64,000 nucleotides of DNA from Ehrlichia sp. Lineage in GTDB: Bacteria > Pseudomonadota > Alphaproteobacteria > Rickettsiales > Anaplasmataceae. Made by a program: the position numbers and the translations under genes. Below, piece after piece: positions 45,412 to 58,179 of the stretch. Numbering within the stretch: position 1 is the first letter of the stretch; every line of letters begins with the position of its first letter. A model generated the notes under the pieces. It saw only the letters and a program-made list of their open reading frames with translations, had not been told where the DNA came from and ran no database searches. Location: positions 1,085,726 through 1,149,725 of the forward strand of contig JBQEQX010000001.1 of the NCBI GenBank assembly GCA_052043515.1, written 5' to 3'.

Positions 45412-47268
45412 TTATTTAACTGTTGAATTACAATCATCAATAGATTTCTCTAAATAAAAATCCATTCGTTTCTTTATAAAACTTGATGCTTGCAACTCAA
45501 CATTATTTACTGCATCTTTTATATCATCGATATTTTCACTGAGCAATGTTTCCTCAGCTTTTTCAATGGCACTGTTCATTGCAGATAATTCTGATTCCGA
45601 TAATAAGTTTTTGTTTTCAGTTAATGCGTTTTTAATGGTAACAACAATTCTTTGTCCTTCAATTTTTTGTTCAGCTATTGAGCGCATGCGCATGTCGTAA
45701 TCAAAATTTTTAATTGAATCAACAATATTATCTTCTATTTCCTTCTGATCTAATTTGCATGTATTGTTAATACTGACAGATTGCTTTATTCCTGTAGATT
45801 TCTCCTGTGCTGATACAGTTAGCAACCCATCCATATCAACTTTAAACTCTACTTCAATTTTTGCAGCACCTGCAGGTAGTGGTGGTATTCCTTTTAAATC
45901 GAATTTTGCCAGAGATTTGTTATGTTCTATAGTTTCTCGTTCTCCTTGGCAAACATGAATTTGTATAGAATTTTGCCCATCAACGTAGGTAGTAAATTCT
46001 TGTGTGGCGGATGCAGGTATGGGTGTATTTCTTGGTATAATTTTTTCTACGATACCACCCATGGTTTCTATGCCTAATGATAGTGGTAGAGTATCTATTA
46101 GAATACTTTTATTGTGTATATGCGGATTAGACAGATAATTAGCTTGTAAAGCAGCTCCAATAACTACTATTTTTTCAGGATCTACATCGCAGAATACTCT
46201 ATCATGGAATACGTTATTTAGTATATCTTTAATTATAGGCATTTTGGTAGATCCACCAACTAATATTACTTTTGTGATATCATCAATACTAAGTTCTATG
46301 CTGTTAATTGTTGACATTACGATATTTAGAGTCTTATTCAATAACTCTGATACTATGTTATTTAGTTCGCTTCTATGAATTTTATAAGGAAATAACTTAT
46401 CATCAATTTTAAAAGTAAAAATTCCATTGTTGTGTTTACTCAAATATTCTTTTGCATATTTTACATCTGGAATTAAATCATGTAGTACTTTTCTATCAAA
46501 AACAACATCGCTAATGTTGTATTTTTGCTTGTATTTATCATGCACAAATTTTGCGAGTAGATAATCTATATCATCACCTCCCAAATTTGCATCACCACCA
46601 GTTGCTAGTACTTGAAATACCCCTTTGTGTAATTTTAGAATTGAAACATCAAATGTACCGCCACCTAAATCATATACCATGTAGATATTTTTTTCACATT
46701 CTGATTTTTCAATTCCATATGCTAATGCTGCTGCAGTGGGTTCGTTCAATAAACGTAGTACCTCAAGACTGGCTAGATTTGCTGCAGCTTTTGTAGCTTT
46801 CCTTGCTGTTTCATCAAAATAAGCTGGTACCGTGATTACCACTTTTTTTACTTCCAAGTTGGTACCATCTTTTACAATCCTACATAATTTCTTTAAAATT
46901 TCTGCTGATACTTCAGTTGGTGTAACATATGTACCATCCTGCTTGCTTATATATATATTATTATCGCCTTTATCAGTGAGATAAAACAGCAGATCTGAAG
47001 GTAATTCTTTAATATCTTTAATCGACTTTCCCATTAATCGTTTTACTGAATATATGGTTTTACTTCTATGATAGTTTTGTCCAACTTGTACTTGATGGTC
47101 GGTATAAGTTACTGTTGATGGGATGAGGAATTTGCCATTTTCATCTGAAAATATGATAACTTTACCTTTACTATCAACCATAGAGATTAAAGAATTAGTA
47201 GTTCCTAAGTCTATTCCAAATGCCAATGTGTTTCTATTGTTTGGTTCTGTTATATTGATTAATTGCAT
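45412..47268 (-). CDS. hscA: Fe-S assembly chaperone HscA
   Basis: GIDLGTTNS, ITVPAYF, NEPTAAALAYG, LSLGIETMGG; isc context. Confidence 0.96.
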   Translation of the reverse strand: MQLINITEPNNRNTLAFGIDLGTTNSLISMVDSKGKVIIFSDENGKFLIPSTVTYTDHQVQVGQNYHRSKTIYSVKRLMGKSIKDIKELPSDLLFYLTDKGDNNIYISKQDGTYVTPTEVSAEILKKLCRIVKDGTNLEVKKVVITVPAYFDETARKATKAAANLASLEVLRLLNEPTAAALAYGIEKSECEKNIYMVYDLGGGTFDVSILKLHKGVFQVLATGGDANLGGDDIDYLLAKFVHDKYKQKYNISDVVFDRKVLHDLIPDVKYAKEYLSKHNNGIFTFKIDDKLFPYKIHRSELNNIVSELLNKTLNIVMSTINSIELSIDDITKVILVGGSTKMPIIKDILNNVFHDRVFCDVDPEKIVVIGAALQANYLSNPHIHNKSILIDTLPLSLGIETMGGIVEKIIPRNTPIPASATQEFTTYVDGQNSIQIHVCQGERETIEHNKSLAKFDLKGIPPLPAGAAKIEVEFKVDMDGLLTVSAQEKSTGIKQSVSINNTCKLDQKEIEDNIVDSIKNFDYDMRMRSIAEQKIEGQRIVVTIKNALTENKNLLSESELSAMNSAIEKAEETLLSENIDDIKDAVNNVELQASSFIKKRMDFYLEKSIDDCNSTVK

Positions 47269-47705
47269 TAAGTAATACTCCTATCATCCTGAATTTTCAT
47301 GAGATATTTTAATTTTACGATTTGTTTTGCAGCTTCATTGAAATCTTCTACATAAAAAGCATCTTCCATAGCTTTAGTAGACGATAAGATTTGGTACTGA
47401 ACATTAACACTATCTGACTCTTGTATTTTAAATACTTCTTCTATTATACTGTTTATCTCGTTTTTATTGACAGTAATTCCTTTGATCTCTAATAAGTACT
47501 CTGCTCTTTTCATAGGAGATTTTAAAGTTTGATATGCTTTGTTTACCTCTGCTATAATCTCTAATGCTAGATTTTTCTCGGATTTCAATAAAAATAAATC
47601 CGGGTGGTGGTTACTTTGCAGCGCTACATAGTTTTTTTCTAATACTTGCGTATCTATAGAAAATTGTGGATCTAATTTGAATAATGCAAAGTAGTCTTTA
47701 TACAT
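47268..47705 (-). CDS. hscB: Fe-S co-chaperone HscB
   Basis: DYFALF, HPD, NKAYQTLKSPMKRAEYLL. Confidence 0.92.
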   Translation of the reverse strand: MYKDYFALFKLDPQFSIDTQVLEKNYVALQSNHHPDLFLLKSEKNLALEIIAEVNKAYQTLKSPMKRAEYLLEIKGITVNKNEINSIIEEVFKIQESDSVNVQYQILSSTKAMEDAFYVEDFNEAAKQIVKLKYLMKIQDDRSIT

Positions 47706-48129
47706 AAAAGCTTTCTCCACAACCACATCTTCCTTTTTCATTTGGATTCTTAAACGTAAAACCTGAAGATATTTTATTTTCCACGTAATCCATTTCCGTT
47801 CCGTTGATAAACATCATTGCTTTTGGATCGATTAAAATAGTAAAATCTTCATCTCGATATTTTACTGTAATTCGTACATCTAATAATTTTATATCATATG
47901 CATATTCTATACTGTACTTGAAACCAAAACATCCTTTTTGTTTCACAATTATTCTAATTCCGATAGCAGTACCTTTCTTTTGTTCAATAAGACACATTAT
48001 CTTTTTTATAGCATTTTCCGTAATAACGACAGGTGGCCTATCTGTAGTTTTGCTATCTACAAAATATTCTATTTGCGAATTATATTCATTACTTTGATCA
48101 TCACAAGACGCAGAAACTTCATTATCCAT
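47698..48129 (-). CDS. iscA: Fe-S assembly accessory protein IscA/HesB
   Basis: ITENA, KGCFGFKY, F.NPN...RCGCGESF. Confidence 0.93.
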   Translation of the reverse strand: MDNEVSASCDDQSNEYNSQIEYFVDSKTTDRPPVVITENAIKKIMCLIEQKKGTAIGIRIIVKQKGCFGFKYSIEYAYDIKLLDVRITVKYRDEDFTILIDPKAMMFINGTEMDYVENKISSGFTFKNPNEKGRCGCGESFYV

Positions 48130-48161
48130 ATAGAAACCCGACTTTATCAATAATCTTTGCA

Positions 48162-48572
48162 TTAACTACTAGAAGAAGTTTCATTTTTTCTACTTTCTTG
48201 TTTCATATTGTAATCGTTTATTGCAGCTTTTACAGCATCTTCTGCAAGCAAAGAACAGTGTATTTTTACCGGAGGTAAACTTAATTCTTTTGCTAACACT
48301 GTATTTTTCAATTGATGCGCTTCAGTTATCGTTCTACCTTTTATTAATTCTGTTGCTAGAGAACTTGCTGCAATTGCAGCTCCGCATCCAAAGGTCTTAA
48401 ATTTTGCATCAATAATTTTGCCGTTATCATCTACTTTTATCTGTAGTTTCATTACGTCTCCACAACTTGGTGCTCCAACTAACCCTGTTCCAACATTGTG
48501 ATCTTCTTTGGGTAGTGTGCCGACATTCTTAGGATTCTTGTAGTGCTCCAAAAGATATTCACTATAACTCAT
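48162..48572 (-). CDS. iscU: Fe-S scaffold IscU
   Basis: HYKNPKNVG, GAPSCGDVM, FGCG, LPPVKIHCS. Confidence 0.97.
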   Translation of the reverse strand: MSYSEYLLEHYKNPKNVGTLPKEDHNVGTGLVGAPSCGDVMKLQIKVDDNGKIIDAKFKTFGCGAAIAASSLATELIKGRTITEAHQLKNTVLAKELSLPPVKIHCSLLAEDAVKAAINDYNMKQESRKNETSSSS

Positions 48573-48612
48573 AAAATTACCTCATAATTGCCTGTTATAT
48601 AATAATAAAAAA

Positions 48613-49849
48613 TCAGTGTACATCCCACTTGATTTCATTAAGATTTATGCCTTCTTGTACCATTTCCCACAAAGGACTCATTTCACGTAATTTTTTTTAT
48701 ACTACTAATAATAAGTTCTGCAGCGTATAAAATTTCCGCTCTTGTGGTAAATCTGCCTATACCAAATCTAATAGATGAATGTTCCAGGTCTTTCTCAATG
48801 TTTAAAGCACGTAGAACGTAAGACGGTTCCAAAGAAGCAGATGTGCATGCAGATCCTGAACTTACAGCTAGATTATTAATTGCCATAATTATCGATTCTC
48901 CTTCAACATATGGAAAGCTCAAGTTTAAATTTCCTGCAATACGTTGTTCATAGTCTCCGTTTAACACAACGTATGATAGGTGTTTTTTTATTTCATTGTA
49001 TAAAGTATCTCGCAATTCTTTTATTCTTATATTTTCTTCTTCCATTACTTCTTGAGCAATACGTGCTGCTTCTCCTAATCCTACTGCTAATGGAGTAGGT
49101 ACTGTCCCAGATCTCATGCCACGTTCTTGTCCTCCTCCATTGATTATAGGAGTTAGGCGTACTCTTGGTTGACGTTTGCGTATATACAACGCTCCTATTC
49201 CCATTGGGGCATATATCTTATGACCTGAGATACTTAGTAAATCAATATTCATTCTGTTTACATCTATTGGGATTTTACCAAAAGCTTGAGCTACGTCAGT
49301 ATGGAAAAATATGTCATTTTCATGGCATATCTTTCCTATGCTTTCTATTGGCTGAATTACACCAATTTCATTATTTACCATCATTACCGATACTAGTATT
49401 GTTTTATCGGTTATAGATGATTTCAGCAAATCTAAGTCCAAAATCCCATTTCTTTGTACATCCAGATAGGTGATATTGAATCCTTCAGTTTCTAAATGAC
49501 GGCATGCATCCAAAACACATTTATGCTCTGTACGCACCGTTATTATATGATTTCCCTTATTCTTGTAGAAATTTGCTACTCCTTTGATTGCTAGATTATT
49601 AGATTCTGTTGCACCTGAGGTGAACACTATTTCTTTTGCTTCAGCGCTTATTAAGGATGCAACTCTTTCTCTGGCTAATTCAACAGCTGACTCAGCTTTC
49701 CAGCCAAAGCAGTGACTACGTGAATGAGGATTAGAAAATTGCTTAAAATATGGCATCATAGCTTCTAATACTCTATCATCAGTTTTTGTTGTGGACTGGT
49801 AATCAAGAAATATTGGCAAGTTAACCTGTTGTTTTGCTCCTTTTTCCAT
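48613..49849 (-). CDS. iscS: cysteine desulfurase IscS (1 frameshift near 3' end)
   Basis: [37 protein letters not shown], repaired end [10 protein letters not shown]. Confidence 0.97.
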
Positions 49850-49908
49850 CTTTATAACCTATTTGCTGATAACGCTAATAATATGTTCTGAGTTTTGCAT
49901 TACTCTAC

Positions 49909-51487
49909 CTAGTTTAATTTTACTGGTTGATTGTGTTGATATATTGTATACCAACAATTTACTATTTTTTTTATATGATCACCTGTAACGTTAGGACTCA
50001 GACTTATTCTTATTGAGTTCCTAGCTATATCGTCAGCTACACCCATCGCAGCTAAAATATGAGAAGGTTCAGATATACCAGAAGAACATGCAGATCCATT
50101 ACCAATTGCAATGTTGTTAATATCAAAATTCATTACTTGAATTTCGCTGTTTACGTTAGGCATCGAAATACAGCTAGTATTTGGCAACCTTGCTACATTC
50201 TTACCAAATATTTGAGCTTTAGGTACTAAGTTCAGTATATCTTCTTCTAGTTTATCACGTAACTCCTCAACAACAGACATTCTATTTACAGAATTTTTTA
50301 GATTATTTAATGACGTATGCAATAGGTAAATTGCTACAACGTTTTCAGTTCCTGCACGCAACCCCTTTTCTTGATGCCCACCTAATATCATAGGTTTTAT
50401 ATTGATTTTTTTACTGTTGAAAAATAATACTCCAGCTCCAGCAATACTTCCGATTTTATGTGATGAGATGGTTAATAAGTCTATTCCAAGATCTTTGATA
50501 TCTACATTAATTTTACCGCATGCTTGTATTGCATCTGTATGTACTATTGCACCAAACTTATGCGATATTTCTACAATTTCCTTAATAGGTTGAATAACAC
50601 CAGTCTCATTATTTGCTGTCATTATTGATACAAGAACTTTTTTATTCTTAAACTTACATAAAAGTTTACTTAGTGCATCCAAATAAACTATTCCATTAGA
50701 ATCAACTGGTATTAATTCTGCATTGACAGCACAGTTCATAATAGACGGGTGTTCTGTAGAAGAAATTAAATGTTTATAACACTGTGTACTATTAATTACC
50801 AAATTGTTTGCCTCTGTACCAGATGATGTAAAAACAACGTCATAATTTTTGGCATTTAATTGATTAATAGCTGCCTCTCTTGTTCTTTCTATAATGCTTC
50901 TCGCATCTTGTCCTAATTTGTGCGTTGATGATGGATTATACAGGCTTAAGGAGGACAAACTATTCAGCTGTCGCTTTACTGTAGGCAGTATAGTGGATGT
51001 TGAGTTATAATCTGCGTATATGTACTGGTCACTATTGTTGGTGTTTAGTCCGGTATTGAATTTTAAATTGTTATTTAGTATATCCTCTAATGAAATATTA
51101 TTTAAGTAGTCTTTAATGTAATTTCCTATACTATCCCATAGATTATGAGTAATACATCTTTTATTATCTAACAAGCAGCCAGCGATGTCATTTTTTGCAC
51201 CTTGTAATTTTTACATTTTCTCCAATGGATTCGAGGATAAGATTAAGCGTAATAGATTTTGGTTCAATACTTAAAGAATAGCCTCCACCTGGACCTTTTA
51301 TAGCAGTTACTAATCCTTTTTTCTTTAATTTTACAATAATTTGTTCAAGGTAACCTTCGGAGAGAGATTGGCTATCTGCAATACGCGACATTTTCTTAGG
51401 TTGTACCTTATCTTGTGATGTATAGTACTCTTGAGCCAACTTCACCATAAATATTATAGCATAGCGCAACCTTGTTGTAATCAACAT
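49909..51487 (-). CDS. Rrf2/IscR-like HTH fused to NifS-type cysteine desulfurase (~525 aa; 1 frameshift at T6 51191-51196)
   Basis: YLEQI..KLKKKGLV...KGPGGGY; repaired junction TRCKNDIAGCLLDNKRCITHNLW; YADYNST, SSHK, GSACSSG. Confidence 0.88.
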
Positions 51488-51779
51488 ACAAAAAATCCTA
51501 CGTTACATCTTTTGAGCTTATTGTTTGACTCGATAATGCACCATTAATATACCTTGTGTCAAGTAGGTTTTTTATCTATTGTTGAAATTGATATGATACT
51601 AACTGGCTTTATTTTATAGAGTGCATTTTTTGTTATCATGTTAATTGAGGTTAAATATCCATATTTGAGATTTTTGATTTTTTGAAATATAGATACATAA
51701 AATACTTTATCAAATTGAATTTTTTTCTTATTATTAATATAACTTGCGTTATTCACGTTTTTTTTAAGGAAGTTAATTC

Positions 51780-52503
51780 ATGAGAGAAATATTTTTTAAT
51801 GGTACAGTTGGTAAAATTGAAGGAAAATATCATCATAACAAAACATTAGGTGCTCCACTTGCTTTAATTTTTCATCCTCATCCTCAATACGGTGGAAATA
51901 TGGACAACAAAATTGTCTACAACTTATATAATATATTTGCAAACAATGGTTTTTCTGTTTTAAGGATTAATTTTCGCGGAGTAGGTAAGTCATCAGGTAA
52001 TTTTGAAAAAGGTATAGGTGAACTTAGTGATGGGGCAGCAGCAGCAGATTGGCTCCAGAATAATAATATGGCCTCATCTCCTTTTTTGGGTAGCTGGATT
52101 TTCTTTTGGAGCGTGGGTTGCGATGCAATTAATGATGCGGCGTCCTGAAGTTGAAGGATTTATAGCAGTATCACCTCCTGCAAATAAGTATGATTTTTCG
52201 TTTTTGTCACCTTGTCCTGTGCCTGGGTTAATTATTCAGGGTGACCAAGATAGTATTTCTGATGAAGCTGCAGTGTCTCAGTTGGCTAATAGATTGAGCA
52301 GTTCTATTAAGAGTGAATGTATGCAGTATTATGTAATAGAAAAAGCAGATCACTTTTTCCGTGACCACATGGATAAGTTTAATGAGATTGTGGACAATTA
52401 TATAAAATTTCGCTTATCTGAAGCTGCAAACAATTGCAAGAAGGAAGTTATACATAAGAAAATAAAACAGCGCCGTGTTGTTTTGCATGATGATCCAGTA
52501 TAA
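51780..52503 (+). CDS. alpha/beta hydrolase associated with isc locus (1 frameshift)
   Basis: HPHPQYGGNMDN, NFRGVG.S.G, AGFSFG, ADHFF. Confidence 0.9.
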
Positions 52504-52861
52504 GTTCAATTCAATAGCGTTACTGAAATATATGTGAACTTTTGTGCTTTATTTTTAGTTCCTGATGTACGCGCGTTTCTATAGACAGTTATAGGTTGGA
52601 TGTGTGATATTTGTGTACAGTTTTATTAGACAGTTGGAGCACATTTCTTCAGTGTGTTTAATTAATATTTCACGATTGTCTTAAAATGATTTTTTATGTT
52701 AGACATGCGTGTAAAATGCCAAATCTGCATATATGTCTAGCATTCATTGCTTTTTTATTATAACACCTTGATTATATGTAATATTGTGCTATATATTTTG
52801 CATACTTTATGCATTTTATGCTATAGATGATGAAATTATAAGCTATCAGTTAAACTATATT

Positions 52862-54399
52862 ATGATGGGACAGTATAAGTTTTGGCCATTTCAAGAAGCG
52901 GAAAAAATCTTAAAAAGATTTGGAGAAAGTACGGAAATTATTTTTGAAACTGGTTATGGTCCTTCAGGACTTCCTCATATTGGTACTTTTGGGGAAGTGT
53001 TACGTACTACAGCGATAATGAATGCGTTGCGTAAAATATCCCCTAGTGTTTCAACAAAAATAATAGTTATATCAGATGACATGGATGCGTTACGTAAAGT
53101 ACCAGATAATATTCCTAACAGGGATGTGATGTATAATTACCTAGATAAACCTTTAACTACAGTGCCAGATCCTTTTTGTACTCACAAAAGTTATGGACAC
53201 CATATGAACATGTTATTGTGTAAATTTCTCGATTTATTTAATTTTGAATATGAGTTTAAAAGTGCAACATCGTGTTATAATGAAGGTGTATATGATGAAA
53301 AATTGTTGTTATTATTAAAAAATTACGATAGAGTGATGAGTATTATGCTCCCTACATTAGGGAGTGAAAGACAAAAAACTTATAGCCCTTTTTTTGCCAA
53401 TTTGTCCTAAAACATCGAAGGTGCTGCAAGTGCCTATTATTGATATCAATGCTACTTTAGGCACAGTGTCTTACAGGGATGAAGATGGTGAAGTTGTTGA
53501 AACATTAGTTACAGGTGGAAGATGTAAATTACAATGGAAACCAGATTGGGGGATGCGTTGGTCAGCATTAAATGTAAAATATGAAGCATACGGTAAAGAT
53601 TTACAACCATCTGCGGAGTTATCTAGTAAGATATGCGAAATTTTAGGTAGTGAGCCTCCAATTTTGTTTTGTTATGAATTGTTTCTTGATAAGGAAGGCA
53701 GGAAGATTTCAAAATCTAAAGGTAATGGTATATCGATAGAGGATTGGTTGTCTTATTCTCCATCCGAGAGTTTAGCATTATACATATTACAGAACCCTAA
53801 AAAAAGCAAAAAAATTATATTTTGATGTAATACCACGGTCTATGGATGATTACTTATATTTGGTAGATGATTATCATAAAAATCCTAGTTATGATAATCC
53901 TGTATGGCATATCCATAATGGAAATGTACCATTAATTGATATTGCTGGGTTAAGTTTCTCTTTATTATTAAATTTAGCATCAGCTTGTAATGCTGAAAAC
54001 AGTGAAGTGCTGTGGGGATTTATTCAAAATTATCAAAGTAATGATTGCTTACAAAATAATAAAACATTATCTCAATTAGTAGACTTTTCTGTTAAGTATT
54101 ACCATGATTTTGTAAAACCTAATAAAATTTATAAAAAACCAGATAATGATGAAAAGATTATATTGGAAGAATTAAAGAACATGCTTAATGACTTTACAGA
54201 AGACGTTACAGCTGAAGAAATACAAAACTGTATATTTTCTTTAGCTAAGAAGTACTGTTTTAATGATTTGCGATCTTGCTTCCAAAGTTTTTATGAAATT
54301 TTATTAGGACAAAGTCAAGGTCCTAGATTCGGATCTTTTATAAAATTGTACGGGCTAGATAATACTATAAAGTTAATTAGTCAAGCTTTGGAAAGATAG
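52862..54399 (+). CDS. lysS: class I lysyl-tRNA synthetase (2 frameshifts)
   Basis: [30 protein letters not shown]. Confidence 0.96.
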
Positions 54400-54561
54400 A
54401 GTTTAATAAGTTTTTGTTTGTAGTGTTTTTTGATCTCGTATCGTGCTTAATGACCTTGCAAAGGTATTTTTTTTTAACTTAGGTGTAAAAATATATGATT
54501 TATAAAATTGACCAATTAATTAAATTATGGTAGTTTACGGAGTGTTTATTCTTGGAGTATT

Positions 54562-54930
54562 ATGCTAGCTAGGATTATTTACATAGCTCTATTTTTATTA
54601 ATCAGTGGTTGTAGTTTCACGGTTATGCGTCACGGTTATCCTGTTTCAGAAATTGGTCTATGGGATAAGGTAAAGGTAGGGGATTCTGAGAATCAAGTAG
54701 TGCAGTTTATAGGAAGTCCGTCTATTGTTGATGGTAATATATGGTACTATGTTTCTTATAATATTTACAGAAAGCGTTTCTTTTCAACAAAGGAATATGA
54801 GTCTATTGTACTTAAATTAATATTTGATCCTGAGACTAAAGAAGTAGTAGAGATTAGGAATATCAAAGTTGATAAAAAGGAAATTAATGCGCATATTAAA
54901 GAATGGTACATTAGTTACTGGCATTCATGA
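54562..54930 (+). CDS. bamE: outer membrane assembly lipoprotein BamE/SmpA
   Basis: Lipobox ISGC, HGY, V....GSPS, WYYV. Confidence 0.8.
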   Translation: MLARIIYIALFLLISGCSFTVMRHGYPVSEIGLWDKVKVGDSENQVVQFIGSPSIVDGNIWYYVSYNIYRKRFFSTKEYESIVLKLIFDPETKEVVEIRNIKVDKKEINAHIKEWYISYWHS

Positions 54931-55307
54931 TAGCTTTTTGCGTCAGTTCAGTGGCAGGTTATTACCTTAGTATACAGACGACGTGCCTTAGTAGATGGGT
55001 TTTAATTTGTGGTTTGGTTGTTGGCTCTCTGGTAGTATTTCTTGGTATATTTGAGGTAGTATTGGCGTGTTTGTTATTAATTAACTACTAGCAAGATTGG
55101 TGGAGTTGGTATTGTAGTAGATTAATCAAGAAAAAAGGTAGAGTTTTACATTGGCTTTTATGTTCGTAAAATCATAGTGAGTAAAACTTTGGTATGTCAT
55201 ACAAGTTTCGCTCCTATTCGACTAGTATTCTGCTTTTTTTCTGTTTTAGTACAATAAGCAAGAGTATATGGAAAAGGAATAATATTGACTGGTGAATATC
55301 ATTTCCA

Positions 55308-55350
55308 CTACTGCCACTTTGATACGAATAATTTTTATCACTGGCAGTAG
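55308..55350. terminator. intergenic hairpin between convergent bamE and truA (possible terminator)
   Basis: CTACTGCCA...TGGCAGTAG 9-bp stem plus inner TGATA/TATCA; no clear U-tract. Confidence 0.35.
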
Positions 55351-55735
55351 CAATTGTGTTTAGGCTCACAAGTAAAACGAATACCCAAAAGCAGCCTGCT
55401 ATAAACTGTAACTTTCAGAGTTTCAGTAGTATTAATGCTATATAAAAGATCTAAAAGTAGACCTAGTGGTATATAAGCATGAAATGCATATGTCAATCTA
55501 CAAAATGATATTTAAAAAAGAAGTTTTATTTAGTTAATTTTCTATACTAAGTACTTGATAATCAATTTATCTCTAGATTTAGAATTCCTATATTATTATT
55601 AAATAATCATTGTTTTTTTTATACTTATTTTCATAGGTCGAACTTAAGAAAAATTCTAGTAGATTTGCTAACTAAATGAAGTGCATTTATTCTATAAATT
55701 ATCTTAGTAGAGTTGGAGTATGTAGAATTTTCTAG

Positions 55736-56473
55736 TCAATAATCTACCTTTACAAAATACAATCCATAAGATGGAGCTGTAATACCAGCGCAAGATCTGT
55801 TTTTTGCATCCAGTATATTCCTTATATATTCTGGAGGGAAATTATTTTTACCGCATTCCACTAATGTTCCAACAATGATACGTACCTGATTATGTAAAAA
55901 TGATAATGCAGCAATATAAATGTCAATGAATTGACCATTGTTAATAATTTGTAAATCGTCTATTGTTTTTATAGGACTCTTAGATTGACAATGCTTTGCT
56001 CTAAAGCTAGAAAAATCATGATTTCCTTTCATGTATTCTATTGCTTGTACCATATTTTTAACATTTAAAGGGGTACGTATTAACCATGCACGATTATAAT
56101 CCAGAGTTAAATGTGAGTAACGATTTATAATTTTATATAGGTAGTGACGTTTTTTTGCTGAAAATCTTGCATGAAACTTATCGTCTGTTTTTTCTACATT
56201 CAATATAGCAATGTCATGTGGTATAAGATGAAAATTTATTGCATTTCTTATAACGTATGCATCAAAATCCATTGTTAAATCAAAATGTGCCACCTGACCT
56301 AAAGCATGTACTCCAGCATCAGTTCTTCCGGCAACATATAGTATGACGCGTTGTTGTGAAAATTTAAATATTGCTTCCTCAACGATCTCTTGAATAGAAT
56401 TTGATGAGTGTTTCTGTTTTTGCCAACCAATAAAGTTGGAACCGTTATATTCTATAGTGATTTTATATCGCAT
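55736..56473 (-). CDS. truA: tRNA pseudouridine(38-40) synthase
   Basis: [34 protein letters not shown]. Confidence 0.97.
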   Translation of the reverse strand: MRYKITIEYNGSNFIGWQKQKHSSNSIQEIVEEAIFKFSQQRVILYVAGRTDAGVHALGQVAHFDLTMDFDAYVIRNAINFHLIPHDIAILNVEKTDDKFHARFSAKKRHYLYKIINRYSHLTLDYNRAWLIRTPLNVKNMVQAIEYMKGNHDFSSFRAKHCQSKSPIKTIDDLQIINNGQFIDIYIAALSFLHNQVRIIVGTLVECGKNNFPPEYIRNILDAKNRSCAGITAPSYGLYFVKVDY

Positions 56474-57381
56474 TGCTAGTGCTTTCTTGATTGTTGTATA
56501 GTAAATAATGCAATATAGCTTTTCGTACTGCAACACCCATTTTTACTTGTAACAAAATTATAGAATTTTCTTCTGCAACATCATTTGATATTTCTACTCC
56601 TTTATTTATAGGTCCAGGATGCATTACTATTGCACCAGGTTTTGTATATGAAAGTTTTTTCACGATCTAGCATATATAAGTGGGAATATTCTTTTTCTGA
56701 GGGAATAACGCAATTAACAATGCGTTCTTTTTGTAACCTCAATAACATAATAATGTCTGCATTGCGTATTCCCTCAATCAAATTATGATATATATGTGAT
56801 ACACCTGCCAAATTACATACTAAAGTTGGAGGGGCAATTAATGATATATTAGCTCCATATCTAGATAACAATCTTATGTTTGATCTCGCTACTCTACTAT
56901 GTAATATGTCTCCACATATAGATATGTTTAAATTATGAATATCTTTCTTTATATGGCGTATACTACAATAGTCTATAAATGCTTGTGTTGGGTGTTCATG
57001 ATATCCATCTCCAGCATTTATGATATAGCAATTAGGTAGATATTTTGCTATTTTATGTATAAATTGGCTATATTGTGACCTTATGATTATTAAATCTGGG
57101 TTCATTGCATTAATGCTGGAGATTGTATCTATTATACTTTCTCCTTTATTAATTGATGATGTACTGACGTTTAAAGTAATAGAATGTGCACCTAATGATT
57201 TTTCAGCAATTTCGAAAGAAGATAGAGTACGTGTTGAATTTTCAAAGAATAGATTAACAATAACTTTTCCATTTAGAATATTATTATTAATGTTTTTATT
57301 ATTTAAGTATTGTATTGTAAGTTTAAAAAGAGATTCTACATCATTAGATGTGAAATTATTTACTTCTAGTAATGTGCTCAT
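56463..57381 (-). CDS. pyrB: aspartate carbamoyltransferase catalytic subunit (1 frameshift)
   Basis: [37 protein letters not shown]. Confidence 0.96.
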
Positions 57382-58179
57382 TGTACGCCTGTTTATGTTT
57401 AAAAACTGAACTATTTTAGATTCTATTATATGTATTGTATAAAATTTGTGTAGATAAACTATTGAAGTATTTGTTTATATGTTTTGATAGTTGTATTGTA
57501 CATAAAAGAAGAAAAAAGTAGTTTACTCACGTATTAAGTCGTAAAAACTAGCATGTGAAGATATACTGGTTCAACAGGCTATGTGTCCGAGCTAGAATAT
57601 CCTGTGTTGCGGTCGCATGTTCTTGATATTGCAAAATAGCAACGAATCAATTTAGTAGAATATATGAATAGCTAAAGCGTGAACATCTAAGTGATTCACT
57701 TTGATGTGTTTACAGTAACACTAGGAATACTTTTGTTGCTTAAAGTAATTTCTGACCAAGTAGTGATGACAACAGTATCTGTATTTCTGAGTAAAATCAT
57801 GTTTCTTTTAAATAATGAACAGTTAACCTATATCTTAACTAACATGAGCATCATACTCAACTTCTAGTGTAACTCACAACACGAGGCAAGATATTTTTCA
57901 TAATTGTTTAAAAATAGAACTGAGGTTTTGTAGTAATTTGTTTCTGTTCGGAATACTATCTTTATTATTACTTGTATTTCATCATTATAATAATAAAAAA
58001 AGTATTTAACATTTTACCATAGTCTACTTAGTTATTGAAATATAAAAGAACTCATTACTAACATTACGTAAAATAAAGTGCGCTAATGGTACTGTAAATT
58101 TGAAAAAGAGTTTTTTTTGCTTTATCTAAATTTTTCTACATATATAATGTTTATTGACTTAATTAACTATAATGTTGCT

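Noticed and set aside
52862..54399. Class I LysRS (and Zn-free L36) as novelty
   Set aside because: Both are normal for this alphaproteobacterial lineage
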